This document shows positions 17,893 through 25,799 of a DNA stretch of 28,500 nt, piece by piece (position 1 is the stretch's first letter; each line of letters opens with the position of its first letter). Made by a program: the position numbers and the translations under genes. Origin of the DNA: an uncultured Lachnospiraceae bacterium (lineage in GTDB: Bacteria; Bacillota; Clostridia; Lachnospirales; Lachnospiraceae); NCBI GenBank assembly GCA_902783095.1, contig CACZPX010000271.1, forward strand, positions 1 to 28,500, read 5' to 3'. The notes under the pieces were generated by a model. It had not been told where the DNA came from and did no database searches. It saw nothing but the letters and a program-made list of their open reading frames with translations.

Positions 17893-18909
17893 TTACTCCG
17901 GCTGCCAGACAAGATCCGTCGCGTAGACCTGATACTTCCGCAGGAAGCGCAGCAGATCCTCTTTGTTTTCCACCTGCGCCGGATCATTCTCCTTTACGGC
18001 GCGCAGATCCTCCAGGCAGGCCTGCAGGTCGTGATATCCGCCGTAATTGTACAGGGCGGTATCCTCCAGCACCTCCACCGTGTAGGTGTGGTACGGCGGG
18101 ATGTCGATGATGGTCTCATCCTCCACGATAAACGTCTGCGGCTTTGCCTCGGCGTGCGTATGGCAGACCGTCAGCTTCAGTTTCCCGTGCTGTACGTAGT
18201 ACAGGTCATAGCCTTTGTGCGGATAGTCAAAGGCCGCCTTCAACCCCTTTTTCAGGTCCGCGTGCCAGATCTCCTTGCAGCCGGCGGTCTCGAACTTGCA
18301 GATCTTCAGCTGCAGCGCATAGCCGGGGCCCTCGTGCCGCACCCACGCAAAGTCAGGCGTACGGCACTGGAACACCTGGCTGTGGTCCACCGGCGCGTCG
18401 TTCCAGGCGGCCGGTTTCTGTCTGGCCACGAGTTTGCCGGTCCGGTACATCTTCATAAAGTCCGCGTCTTCCTTGCAGGGCTCGTAATAGTCGTTGACCA
18501 TGTTCTTTTCCAGGATGCCGCCGGACATATCGATCTCCTGGAACAGTTCGCGCCAGATGGTATCCTCCTCCAGAAAGACAAAGCCGTGCGCCGTAAACGG
18601 CGGCAGATGGATCAGGTCGCCGGCCTTTGCGACAAAGTGCACGCCGTTGACCACGCAGTCCACGCTTCCCTTCGCGATCTCAAAGGTCTCAAAGCCCTTT
18701 TCGTGCCAGTGATACCCGACCTCAGTCCCGGCGTGATAGACCGTGTCGGAAAACTCATCCTGCTGACGCGGCCCGCGCGGCAGGATAAAGTCGTTGACCA
18801 CCTCGCCGCCCTCGTTGTAGTGGCGCAGCCAGTCCGCGGGGTCCATCATCCGGATGACGTAGCGGTGATTGGTAAAATTCGGGATCTTCTCCATTTCTGT
18901 CAGTTTCAT
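17893..18909 (-). CDS. Bicupin-type protein
   Basis: Start re-called at MKLTEM (SD AGGAGG); first cupin HWHEKGFE...LPPFTAH; second cupin-like YYVQHGKL...IPPYHTY. Confidence 0.75.
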   Translation of the reverse strand: MKLTEMEKIPNFTNHRYVIRMMDPADWLRHYNEGGEVVNDFILPRGPRQQDEFSDTVYHAGTEVGYHWHEKGFETFEIAKGSVDCVVNGVHFVAKAGDLIHLPPFTAHGFVFLEEDTIWRELFQEIDMSGGILEKNMVNDYYEPCKEDADFMKMYRTGKLVARQKPAAWNDAPVDHSQVFQCRTPDFAWVRHEGPGYALQLKICKFETAGCKEIWHADLKKGLKAAFDYPHKGYDLYYVQHGKLKLTVCHTHAEAKPQTFIVEDETIIDIPPYHTYTVEVLEDTALYNYGGYHDLQACLEDLRAVKENDPAQVENKEDLLRFLRKYQVYATDLVWQPE

Positions 18910-19145
18910 GCGTTGCCTCCTGTATATCTCGAAGCCGGTCCTCCGCGGCGCTGCCCTCTTTTCGTTCATTGTATCCGAAGGGCGGCTGTCCCGCAAGACG
19001 CCGAGCGTGTTTTTGTATTGCCGGTCCGCCGGAGCCCCTGTCCGGCTGGCTTCCCGCAGCTTCCTGTGCTATGATGAGCGTGTGCGGCCGGCGGCCGGTG
19101 CACGGCCGTCTTCGCCGCTTTGAATCCATCCGAAAGGAGCAGAAA

Positions 19146-20894
19146 ATGGATCATCCGAGACCGCAGCTTGCGCGTGAACGCTTCATTTCTTTGGACGGCA
19201 GCTGGGACTTTTCCGTAGTGGAGCCGGAGACCGGCACCGCCGCAAAGCCCGGCATCCTGCCCTCCGCCGTAAAAAAGATCGGGACCGCCGCAAAACGGCT
19301 TCTGCCCGCGGCGCGGGCCGCAGAGGATCCGCAGTCCGCGGTCAAGCCGAGGCCGGACCTTCCCCATACGATCAACGTCCCCTACCCGCCGGAGGCGCCG
19401 CTCTCCGGCGTCGGCCGGCATTTTCCGGAAGGTTCTGTCCTCCGGTACCGCCGCAGCTTTTCCGCGCCGGCGCTTTCGCCCGGCGAGCGGCTGCTGCTGC
19501 ACATCGACGGCGTGGACCAGCAGGCCCGCGTCTTTTTCAACGGGAAAGACCTGGGCACGGTCTGCACGGTCTTAAACGGCCCCGCCTCGCTGGATATCAC
19601 CCCGTGGCTGCAGCCGGACAATACGCTGATCATCACCGTCACGGACGATCTGCGCGACCGCCGCTTTCCGTACGGCAAGCAGTCCCTGACCCCCGGCGGC
19701 ATGTGGTATACGCCGGTGTCCGGCATCTGGCAGTCCGTATGGCTGGAGCCGGTGCCCAAAGACTTCGTACGCGGGCTGAAGATCACGCCGTCCTTAACCA
19801 GCGTGCACATAAAGATCGACGGCCCCAAAGAGGGCGTGATCCGCTGCGAAGGCGCCGTGTACCCCTTTAAAAACGGCCGCGTCACCATCACGCCCGCGCA
19901 GCCGCACCTGTGGAGCCCGGAGGACCCGTACCTGTACCGCTTTACCGTGACCGCGGGCAGGGATACCGTCCATTCCTACTTTGCGCTGCGCAAAGTGGAA
20001 GTGCGCGGGCGGCGGATCCTCTTAAACGGAAAGCCGGTCTTTTTGCACGGGCTGCTGGATCAGGGCTATTTCCCGGACGGTCTTTGGACCCCGCCCGCGG
20101 CGGACAGTTTTGAAAAGGATATCCTGGCCGCGAAGGCGCTGGGCTTTAACATGCTGCGCAAGCACATCAAGATCGAGCCGGAGCGCTTTTACTACGACTG
20201 CGACCGGCTGGGCATGCTCGTCTTCCAGGATATGATCAACAACGGGCGCTACTCTTTCGCGCGCGATACGGCGCTGCCGACCGCGGGCTTTACCAGGCTC
20301 CCGCAGCGTCTGCGCAGGCACAGCCGCGCCTGCAAAAAGGCCTTTCTGCAGGCCTTGAGCAGCACGGTGCGGCGCCTGTACAACCATCCCTGTATCTGCG
20401 GCTGGACCATCTTCAACGAGGGCTGGGGCCAGTTTTCCGGCGACGAGGCCTATAACGATCTCTCGCGCCTGGACTCCACCCGCGTTATAGACGCCGCCTC
20501 CGGCTGGTTTGCGGGCGGCAAGACCGACGTGGACAGCCGGCACGTGTATTTCCGGAAATTCCGCATGCCGAAGGGCGAAAAGCCGGTGATCCTGTCCGAG
20601 TTCGGCGGCTACGTATGGAAGATACCGGAACACAGTGCCGACCCGGAAAAGACCTACGGCTACAGGACGTTTAAAACGCAGGCCGCCTGGATGGACGGGC
20701 TGGAGGCACTGTATAAAAAGCAGATCATCCCGGCCGCGCAAAAGGGGCTGTGCGGTGCCGTCTATACGCAGCTGACCGACGTGGAGGAGGAGTGCAACGG
20801 GCTTCTGACCTACGACCGCGCCGTCTGCAAGGCGGATGCGGCCCGGATGCAGGCGCTGGCGGCCGCCCTGCGGGACGCGGCGCTGCAAAATTGA
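19146..20894 (+). CDS. Glycoside hydrolase family 2 (cytoplasmic)
   Basis: Start re-called at MDHPRPQL (SD AAGGAG); LDGSWDF, SGIWQSVWLE, LWSPEDPYLY, GFNMLRKHIK, acid/base FNEGWG, nucleophile SEFGG. Confidence 0.9.
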   Translation: MDHPRPQLARERFISLDGSWDFSVVEPETGTAAKPGILPSAVKKIGTAAKRLLPAARAAEDPQSAVKPRPDLPHTINVPYPPEAPLSGVGRHFPEGSVLRYRRSFSAPALSPGERLLLHIDGVDQQARVFFNGKDLGTVCTVLNGPASLDITPWLQPDNTLIITVTDDLRDRRFPYGKQSLTPGGMWYTPVSGIWQSVWLEPVPKDFVRGLKITPSLTSVHIKIDGPKEGVIRCEGAVYPFKNGRVTITPAQPHLWSPEDPYLYRFTVTAGRDTVHSYFALRKVEVRGRRILLNGKPVFLHGLLDQGYFPDGLWTPPAADSFEKDILAAKALGFNMLRKHIKIEPERFYYDCDRLGMLVFQDMINNGRYSFARDTALPTAGFTRLPQRLRRHSRACKKAFLQALSSTVRRLYNHPCICGWTIFNEGWGQFSGDEAYNDLSRLDSTRVIDAASGWFAGGKTDVDSRHVYFRKFRMPKGEKPVILSEFGGYVWKIPEHSADPEKTYGYRTFKTQAAWMDGLEALYKKQIIPAAQKGLCGAVYTQLTDVEEECNGLLTYDRAVCKADAARMQALAAALRDAALQN

Positions 20895-20930
20895 CGCATG
20901 TATAGAATTTTGTATATTTAAAAACAGCTG

Positions 20931-20959
20931 TTGACAGCCCTCCGGCATCGTGCTAATAT
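20931..20959 (+). promoter_or_regulatory. SigA-type promoter of T-box/trpB2
   Basis: TTGACA-17-TAATAT with extended -10 TG. Confidence 0.85.
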
Positions 20960-20969
20960 CGTGCCCATA

Positions 20970-21254
20970 AATCGATGAGGAAGAGTAGTAAGTCCCCTCC
21001 CTTTCCCTACAGAGAGCCGCGGGCGGTGAGATCGCGGCGGGCAATACCGGACCGAATGGACTTCCGAGAGCAAACGGAAATGCGGCGACGCAGAGTATGG
21101 GCGACGGGATCTGGCTCCCCGTGATCAAGGGTCAGCGTATGATGGTACGCAGTGAGAGGGCGCATTGTAAAGATGCGTCAAGCGGGGTGGCACCGCAGAG
21201 TACACCAGTGAGTATTCTGTCCCGGCAAACGATATTGTTTGCCGGGTTTTTTTT
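20970..21254 (+). promoter_or_regulatory. T-box riboswitch, Trp specifier
   Basis: GA motif, AGAGAGC and GGTGA motifs, specifier GAA-TGG-A (21057-21059), T-box AAGCGGGGTGGCACCGC (21180-21196), antiterminator stem, terminator CCCGGCAAAC/GTTTGCCGGG plus T8. Confidence 0.95.
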
Positions 21255-21286
21255 ATCCGGCAGACGCCAAAAGGAGGATCCCTTCC

Positions 21287-21334
21287 ATGACACACTTGCC
21301 GGGAAAGCGCTGGCGCAGCGCGCCGAACAGATGA
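21287..21334 (+). CDS. Putative 15-aa leader uORF (MTHLPGKRWRSAPNR)
   Basis: AAGGAGG SD 9 nt upstream of ATG; one TGG codon. Translation unproven. Confidence 0.35.
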   Translation: MTHLPGKRWRSAPNR

Positions 21335-21422
21335 GAACGCCCGCAGCCGGCATATAACAGGCTGCACCGATCATCCGAAGACGTCCGAAAAGGATCAGCG
21401 CCCCAAAAAAGAAAGGAAAATC

Positions 21423-22808
21423 ATGATGAATACCAATATAAAGAACGAGATACCCTATAAGATCTACCTCACCGAAGACGAGATGCCCAAAGCCTGGTAC
21501 AACCTGCGCAGCGCGATGAAGAATAAACCCGCGCCGCTCTTAAATCCCGGCACCGGCCTGCCCATGACCGCTGCGGAGCTGGAGGGGGTGTTCTGCGCGG
21601 AGCTTGTGGCGCAGGAGCTGGACAACGACACGCCGTATTTTGAGATCCCGCAGGAGATCCGCGACTTCTACAAGATGTACCGCCCTTCGCCCCTGGTGCG
21701 CGCCTACTGCCTGGAGGAAAAACTCGGCACGCCCGCGCACATCTACTACAAGTTTGAGGGCAACAACACCAGCGGCAGCCACAAGCTGAACTCTGCCATC
21801 GCACAGGCCTACTACGCCAAAAAACAGGGGCTTGCGGGCGTCACCACCGAGACCGGCGCCGGCCAGTGGGGCACCGCGCTGTCCATGGCCTGCGGCTATC
21901 TGGGACTGGACTGCAAGGTATACATGGTGAAGGTAAGCTACGAGCAGAAGCCCTTCCGGCGCGAAGTGATGCGCACCTACGGCGCCTCCGTGACGCCCTC
22001 TCCGTCCGATACGACTGCGGTCGGCCGCAAGATCCTGGCGGAGAATCCGGGTACCACCGGCAGCCTCGGCTGTGCCATCAGCGAGGCCGTGGAAGCCGCC
22101 GTCTCCACGCCCGGCTACCGCTACGTACTGGGCAGCGTCTTAAACCAGGTGCTGCTGCACCAGAGCATCATCGGTCTGGAGACGCAGGCCGCGCTCGATA
22201 AGGTCGGCGTAAAGCCGGACATCATCATCGGCTGCGCCGGCGGCGGCAGCAACCTGGGCGGCCTGATCGCCCCGTTCATGCGCGACAAGATCAACGGGGA
22301 CCTGGATTGCCGCATCGTGGCGGTGGAACCGGCCAGCTGCCCCAGCCTTACGCGCGGCGTCTACGCCTACGATTTCTGCGACACCGGCATGGTCTGTCCG
22401 CTGGCCAAGATGTACACGCTGGGCAGCAGCTTTATCCCCGCGCCCAACCACGCCGGCGGCCTGCGCTACCACGGCATGAGTTCCATCCTGTCGCAGCTGT
22501 ACGACGACGGCCTGATGGAAGCGGTGTCCGTGCCGCAGGTGGAGGTCTTCAAGGCGGCGGAGGAATTTGCCCGCGTGGAGGGCATCCTGCCCGCGCCGGA
22601 AAGCAGCCACGCCATCAAGGCGGCCATCGACGAGGCCTTAAAGTGCAAGGAGACCGGCGAGGCCAAAAACATCGTATTCGGCCTGACCGGCACCGGCTAC
22701 TTTGACCTGGTGGCCTACCAGAAATTTCACGACGGCCAGCTGGACGACTACATCCCCACCGACGACGACCTGGCAAAGAGCCTGGCCAAGCTCCCGCACC
22801 TCGGCTGA
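21423..22808 (+). CDS. trpB2: Tryptophan synthase beta chain type 2 (TrpB2)
   Basis: YKFEGNNTSGSHKLNSA (PLP Lys), TETGAGQWG, GCAGGGSN, HAGGLRYHG, PAPESSHA; 461 aa, TrpB2-type length. Confidence 0.93.
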   Translation: MMNTNIKNEIPYKIYLTEDEMPKAWYNLRSAMKNKPAPLLNPGTGLPMTAAELEGVFCAELVAQELDNDTPYFEIPQEIRDFYKMYRPSPLVRAYCLEEKLGTPAHIYYKFEGNNTSGSHKLNSAIAQAYYAKKQGLAGVTTETGAGQWGTALSMACGYLGLDCKVYMVKVSYEQKPFRREVMRTYGASVTPSPSDTTAVGRKILAENPGTTGSLGCAISEAVEAAVSTPGYRYVLGSVLNQVLLHQSIIGLETQAALDKVGVKPDIIIGCAGGGSNLGGLIAPFMRDKINGDLDCRIVAVEPASCPSLTRGVYAYDFCDTGMVCPLAKMYTLGSSFIPAPNHAGGLRYHGMSSILSQLYDDGLMEAVSVPQVEVFKAAEEFARVEGILPAPESSHAIKAAIDEALKCKETGEAKNIVFGLTGTGYFDLVAYQKFHDGQLDDYIPTDDDLAKSLAKLPHLG

Positions 22809-22888
22809 GGACGCGGGTGAGGACGCGGGGACGGTCCTTCCTGTCCTCATTGTGAGTGAGGACACGGGGACGGTCCTTTCTGTCCTCA
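22806..22888. repeat. REP-like cluster 2 (partial plus two forward 32-bp palindromic units)
   Basis: TGAGGACRCGGGGACGGTCCTTYCTGTCCTCA at 22818-22849 and 22857-22888. Confidence 0.85.
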
Positions 22889-22911
22889 AAATTCCGACGT
22901 CTGCGCTACCC

Positions 22912-22950
22912 TGTCATCCTGAGCGGAGCAGCAGCAGAGCCGAAGGATCC
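22912..22950 (+). repeat. Single arm of a TGTCATCCTGAGCG...GAAGGATC-type palindromic repeat
   Basis: Sequence resembles a widespread bacterial REP-like family; no partner arm in window. Confidence 0.5.
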
Positions 22951-23012
22951 ATAACAGATTGTCAGGAGGCACTACTCCCATGCCGCAGCCGCGGCGCCTC
23001 CTTGCGATACCC

Positions 23013-23045
23013 GCAGCCGGCCTCTCCTCGCCGGCTGCACTTTTT
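23013..23045 (+). terminator. Terminator of trpB2 transcript
   Basis: GCAGCCGGC-CTCTCCTC-GCCGGCTGC-ACTTTTT. Confidence 0.75.
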
Positions 23046-23051
23046 GCCCTA

Positions 23052-23080
23052 TTGCATTTCCCGCTGTCCCGCTCTATAAC
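23052..23080 (+). promoter_or_regulatory. SigA-type promoter of putative antitoxin sRNA
   Basis: TTGCAT-17-TATAAC with no plus-strand protein gene directly downstream. Confidence 0.7.
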
Positions 23081-23086
23081 GTGCAT

Positions 23087-23172
23087 AACAAGACAGCCGA
23101 AAGGTGAGCATCCACCTGCCCCGGCAAACCAACGAAAGCCGTCAGCTCACAGCAGGGTCCGACGGCTTTGAT
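23087..23172 (+). ncRNA. Putative type I antitoxin sRNA (~85 nt)
   Basis: Own promoter; hairpin AGGTG/CACCT; terminal stem AAAGCCGTC/GACGGCTTT; antisense to the 3' end of the toxin ORF. Ends are approximate. Confidence 0.6.
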
Positions 23173-23249
23173 CTATGATTGACATTCAAAATACCGACAA
23201 CGATCAACCCGAAAGTCAATATGATCATCAGAATCTCGTAATCACTCAC
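23142..23249 (-). CDS. Putative holin-like type I toxin, 35 aa (MSDYEILMIILTFGLIVVGILNVNHRSKPSDPAVS)
   Basis: Not in ORF track. GTG start with SD AGGAGGT 6 nt upstream; single TM helix; N-term S-x-Y-E pattern as in the putative holin-like toxin (Hol_Tox) family. Confidence 0.75.
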   Translation of the reverse strand: MSDYEILMIILTFGLIVVGILNVNHRSKPSDPAVS

Positions 23250-23413
23250 AGAACCACCTCCTCCGCAAGACTCGGATCGGGTGCAAGCACGTCCCCGGCT
23301 GCCCGGGTAAACACATTACAGGGAGCAAAAGATAAGTTGAACGAAAGCAGAAGCTTTTCTATGCAATATAATATAACGGGCATCTGTCAATGTGTAGTAC
23401 AGTATCTGTTTTG

Positions 23414-23476
23414 CGAAGACAGTAAGAACCGTCCCTGCGTCCTCTGAGGACAGTAAGGACCGTCCCCGCGTCCTCA
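23414..23476. repeat. REP-like cluster 3 (two inverted units)
   Basis: 23445-23476 is the reverse complement of 22818-22849 with 1 mismatch; 23414-23445 is a degenerate copy. Confidence 0.85.
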
Positions 23477-23515
23477 CAATCTTTCCAAGCGGAGCATATG
23501 CCTTAGTTACTTGCA

Positions 23516-23544
23516 TTGACAAAAAGGCCTGCACGCCGTAATAT
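23516..23544 (+). promoter_or_regulatory. SigA-type promoter of aor operon
   Basis: TTGACA-17-TAATAT. Confidence 0.8.
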
Positions 23545-23597
23545 CAATGCCAGATGATCCTTTGTTTTTGTCGAAAGCTTACCGAAGGAGCGCACTT

Positions 23598-25529
23598 ATG
23601 TCTACAAAATACTGCGGCTACATGGGGCGGGTCGTGCTGGTGGACCTGACCGCGCAGACCGTATCCGAATATCCGTGGAGCGACCATGACCGCGAACTGT
23701 TCATCGGCGGCAAGATCATGGGCGCCAAGATCCTGTACGACAGCTTTTCCGGAAAGGAAACGCCCTTTTCGGAGGAGAACCTGATCGTGATCAGCACCGG
23801 CCCGCTCACCGGCACCGGCGCGCCGTCCTCGGGGCGGTTCAACCTGTCCACGCTCTCGCCGCAGACGGGGTTTATCACCTCGTCCAACTGCGGCGGCAGC
23901 TTTGGCTATTTCTTAAAGAAGGCCGGTCTGGACGCCGTCATCTTAAAGGGCCGCTGCAGCAGGCACACCTGGATCACCATCGAAAACGGTTCGTTCCGCT
24001 TCCGCGACGCGGATGCGGACGGCCTGTGGGGCCTGACGGTCACGCCCGCGCAGGAGGCCGTTGAACGCGTCCTCACACAGGAGTGGGGCGCGCGCCGCCC
24101 CTTCGGTCAGATGGTGATCGGTCCCGCCGGCGAAAACCAGGTGCTCTACGCCTCCGTCTTAAGCGGGGAGCGCGCCGCCGGGCGCACCGGCGTGGGCGCG
24201 GTGTTCGGCTGGAAAAATCTGAAGGGCATCGCCGTGTGGGGCAATCACGCTTTTAAGGTGTACGACCCGGTCAAAACGCAGAAGTTCAACAAAAAGTGGT
24301 TTGCCTACCTGCGCCGCCACCCGCTCACCGGCAACCAGCTGCCGCGGCTCGGCACCGCCGGCCTGGTGAGTTCCATGCAGATGCGCGGCATGCTCTCCAC
24401 CAAAAACTACAACTACGGCCGCTACGATGATTTTGAAAAAGTCAACGGCGAAACGCTGGCCGAGGAATACAACATCGTCAACAAGGGCTGCCTCACCTGC
24501 CCCATCAAGTGCGCGCGCACCGTAAAGGTAAAGGGCCGCGCGGTAAAGGGCCCTGAACTGGAGACGCTGGGGCTTTTGGGCGGCGGCATTTTAAACAACG
24601 ATCTGGAAAAGATCCTGGTCTGGAACAACGAGCTGGACGAGCTGGGCATGGACACCATCTCCTGCGCCAGCACACTGGCCTACGCCATGGAGGCCAACGA
24701 AAAGGGCCTGTGGAACAACGGGCTGGAATTCGGAAAAACGGACGGCCTGTCGCAGCTTTTTGAGGACATCGCCTACCGGCGCGGCCTGGGCGCGGAACTT
24801 GCGCTGGGCAGCAAGCGCCTGTCGGAAAAGTACGGCGGCAAAGAGTTTGCCATTCATTCCAAGGGGCTGGAGCTCGCGGCTTACGAGCCGCGCCGCGCCG
24901 TGGGCCAGGGCCTGGGCTACGCGGTGAGCAACCGCGGCGGCTGCCACTTAAACGGCGGCTATCTGGTCATTCTGGAGGGTCTGGGCCTGTTCACAGACCC
25001 GCAGACCTGGCACGCCAAGGCGGACTTTACCATGCTCTTCCAGGACCTGATGGAGATGATCGGCGCCTCCGGGCAGTGCCTGTTCACCTCCTACGCCTTC
25101 TTCCCGGGCTTTCTGATCACCCGGCCGAACGGCCTCATCACCCGCATCGCCAACAGGGCCATCCCGTTTATCGGCTTCGCGCTGCGCGCCATCAACAAAT
25201 TCCCGCTGGCGCTGCATCTGCACCTGCCGGTCTTCCACCAAAGCAAGGCCTTCCCGCTGGCCGTGGGCATGCCCATGACCTTCGGCAAGTACATCCGCTG
25301 CGGCGAGCGCGGGTATACGCTGGACCGCGCGCTCTCCGTCCGCTTCGGCGTTTCCGCCAGGGACGATACGCTGCCGGCGCGTCTGACCGATATCCCGCAG
25401 GACCCGAAGGATCCCAGGACAAAGGTCCCGCTGGCCAAAATGAAGAAAGTCTACTACAGGGCGCGCGGCTGGAACAGAAACGGCGTCCCCACAAAACGGA
25501 CGCTCAAAAAGCTGCAGATCATCGAGTAA
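23598..25529 (+). CDS. aor: Aldehyde:ferredoxin oxidoreductase family (W/Mo-bispterin)
   Basis: Start re-called at MSTKYCGYMGR (SD AAGGAG); GAVFGWKNLKGI, CLTCPIKC and SGQCLF Fe-S ligands, DELGMDTIS, GGCHL, DDTLPARL. Confidence 0.92.
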   Translation: MSTKYCGYMGRVVLVDLTAQTVSEYPWSDHDRELFIGGKIMGAKILYDSFSGKETPFSEENLIVISTGPLTGTGAPSSGRFNLSTLSPQTGFITSSNCGGSFGYFLKKAGLDAVILKGRCSRHTWITIENGSFRFRDADADGLWGLTVTPAQEAVERVLTQEWGARRPFGQMVIGPAGENQVLYASVLSGERAAGRTGVGAVFGWKNLKGIAVWGNHAFKVYDPVKTQKFNKKWFAYLRRHPLTGNQLPRLGTAGLVSSMQMRGMLSTKNYNYGRYDDFEKVNGETLAEEYNIVNKGCLTCPIKCARTVKVKGRAVKGPELETLGLLGGGILNNDLEKILVWNNELDELGMDTISCASTLAYAMEANEKGLWNNGLEFGKTDGLSQLFEDIAYRRGLGAELALGSKRLSEKYGGKEFAIHSKGLELAAYEPRRAVGQGLGYAVSNRGGCHLNGGYLVILEGLGLFTDPQTWHAKADFTMLFQDLMEMIGASGQCLFTSYAFFPGFLITRPNGLITRIANRAIPFIGFALRAINKFPLALHLHLPVFHQSKAFPLAVGMPMTFGKYIRCGERGYTLDRALSVRFGVSARDDTLPARLTDIPQDPKDPRTKVPLAKMKKVYYRARGWNRNGVPTKRTLKKLQIIE

Positions 25530-25540
25530 GGAGGCATCCC

Positions 25541-25795
25541 ATGGTCCAGATCAAACTGTTCGGGCTGATCCGTCTGGACACCGGCTTAAAGGAGCTGCGT
25601 GCGGACGTTTCCAGCGTAAAGGAGATCTACCCGCTCCTTTTGCGGGAGGCCAGGCGGGCCAATCCCGCCACCAAAATCTCCGCAAAGGATATAGACGGCT
25701 GCATCGTGCTGGTGAACAGCGTGCAGACCGGCAAACACGCAAAATTAAAGGACGGGGACACGGTCATGCTGATGTCGCCCGTCTGCGGAGGATAA
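25541..25795 (+). CDS. moaD: MoaD/ThiS-family sulfur carrier, 84 aa
   Basis: SD AAGGAGG; MVQIKLFG...LKDGDTVMLMSPVCGG with C-terminal Gly-Gly. Confidence 0.88.
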   Translation: MVQIKLFGLIRLDTGLKELRADVSSVKEIYPLLLREARRANPATKISAKDIDGCIVLVNSVQTGKHAKLKDGDTVMLMSPVCGG

Positions 25796-25799
25796 CGCC

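Noticed and set aside
21331-21357. Second mini-ORF MRTPAAGI coupled to the uORF stop
   Set aside because: Only 8 codons with no own SD and no Trp codon; cannot be supported separately.
23175-23447. 90-aa plus-strand ORF from the track
   Set aside because: Antisense to the toxin gene and its leader; no SD and no recognisable motif.
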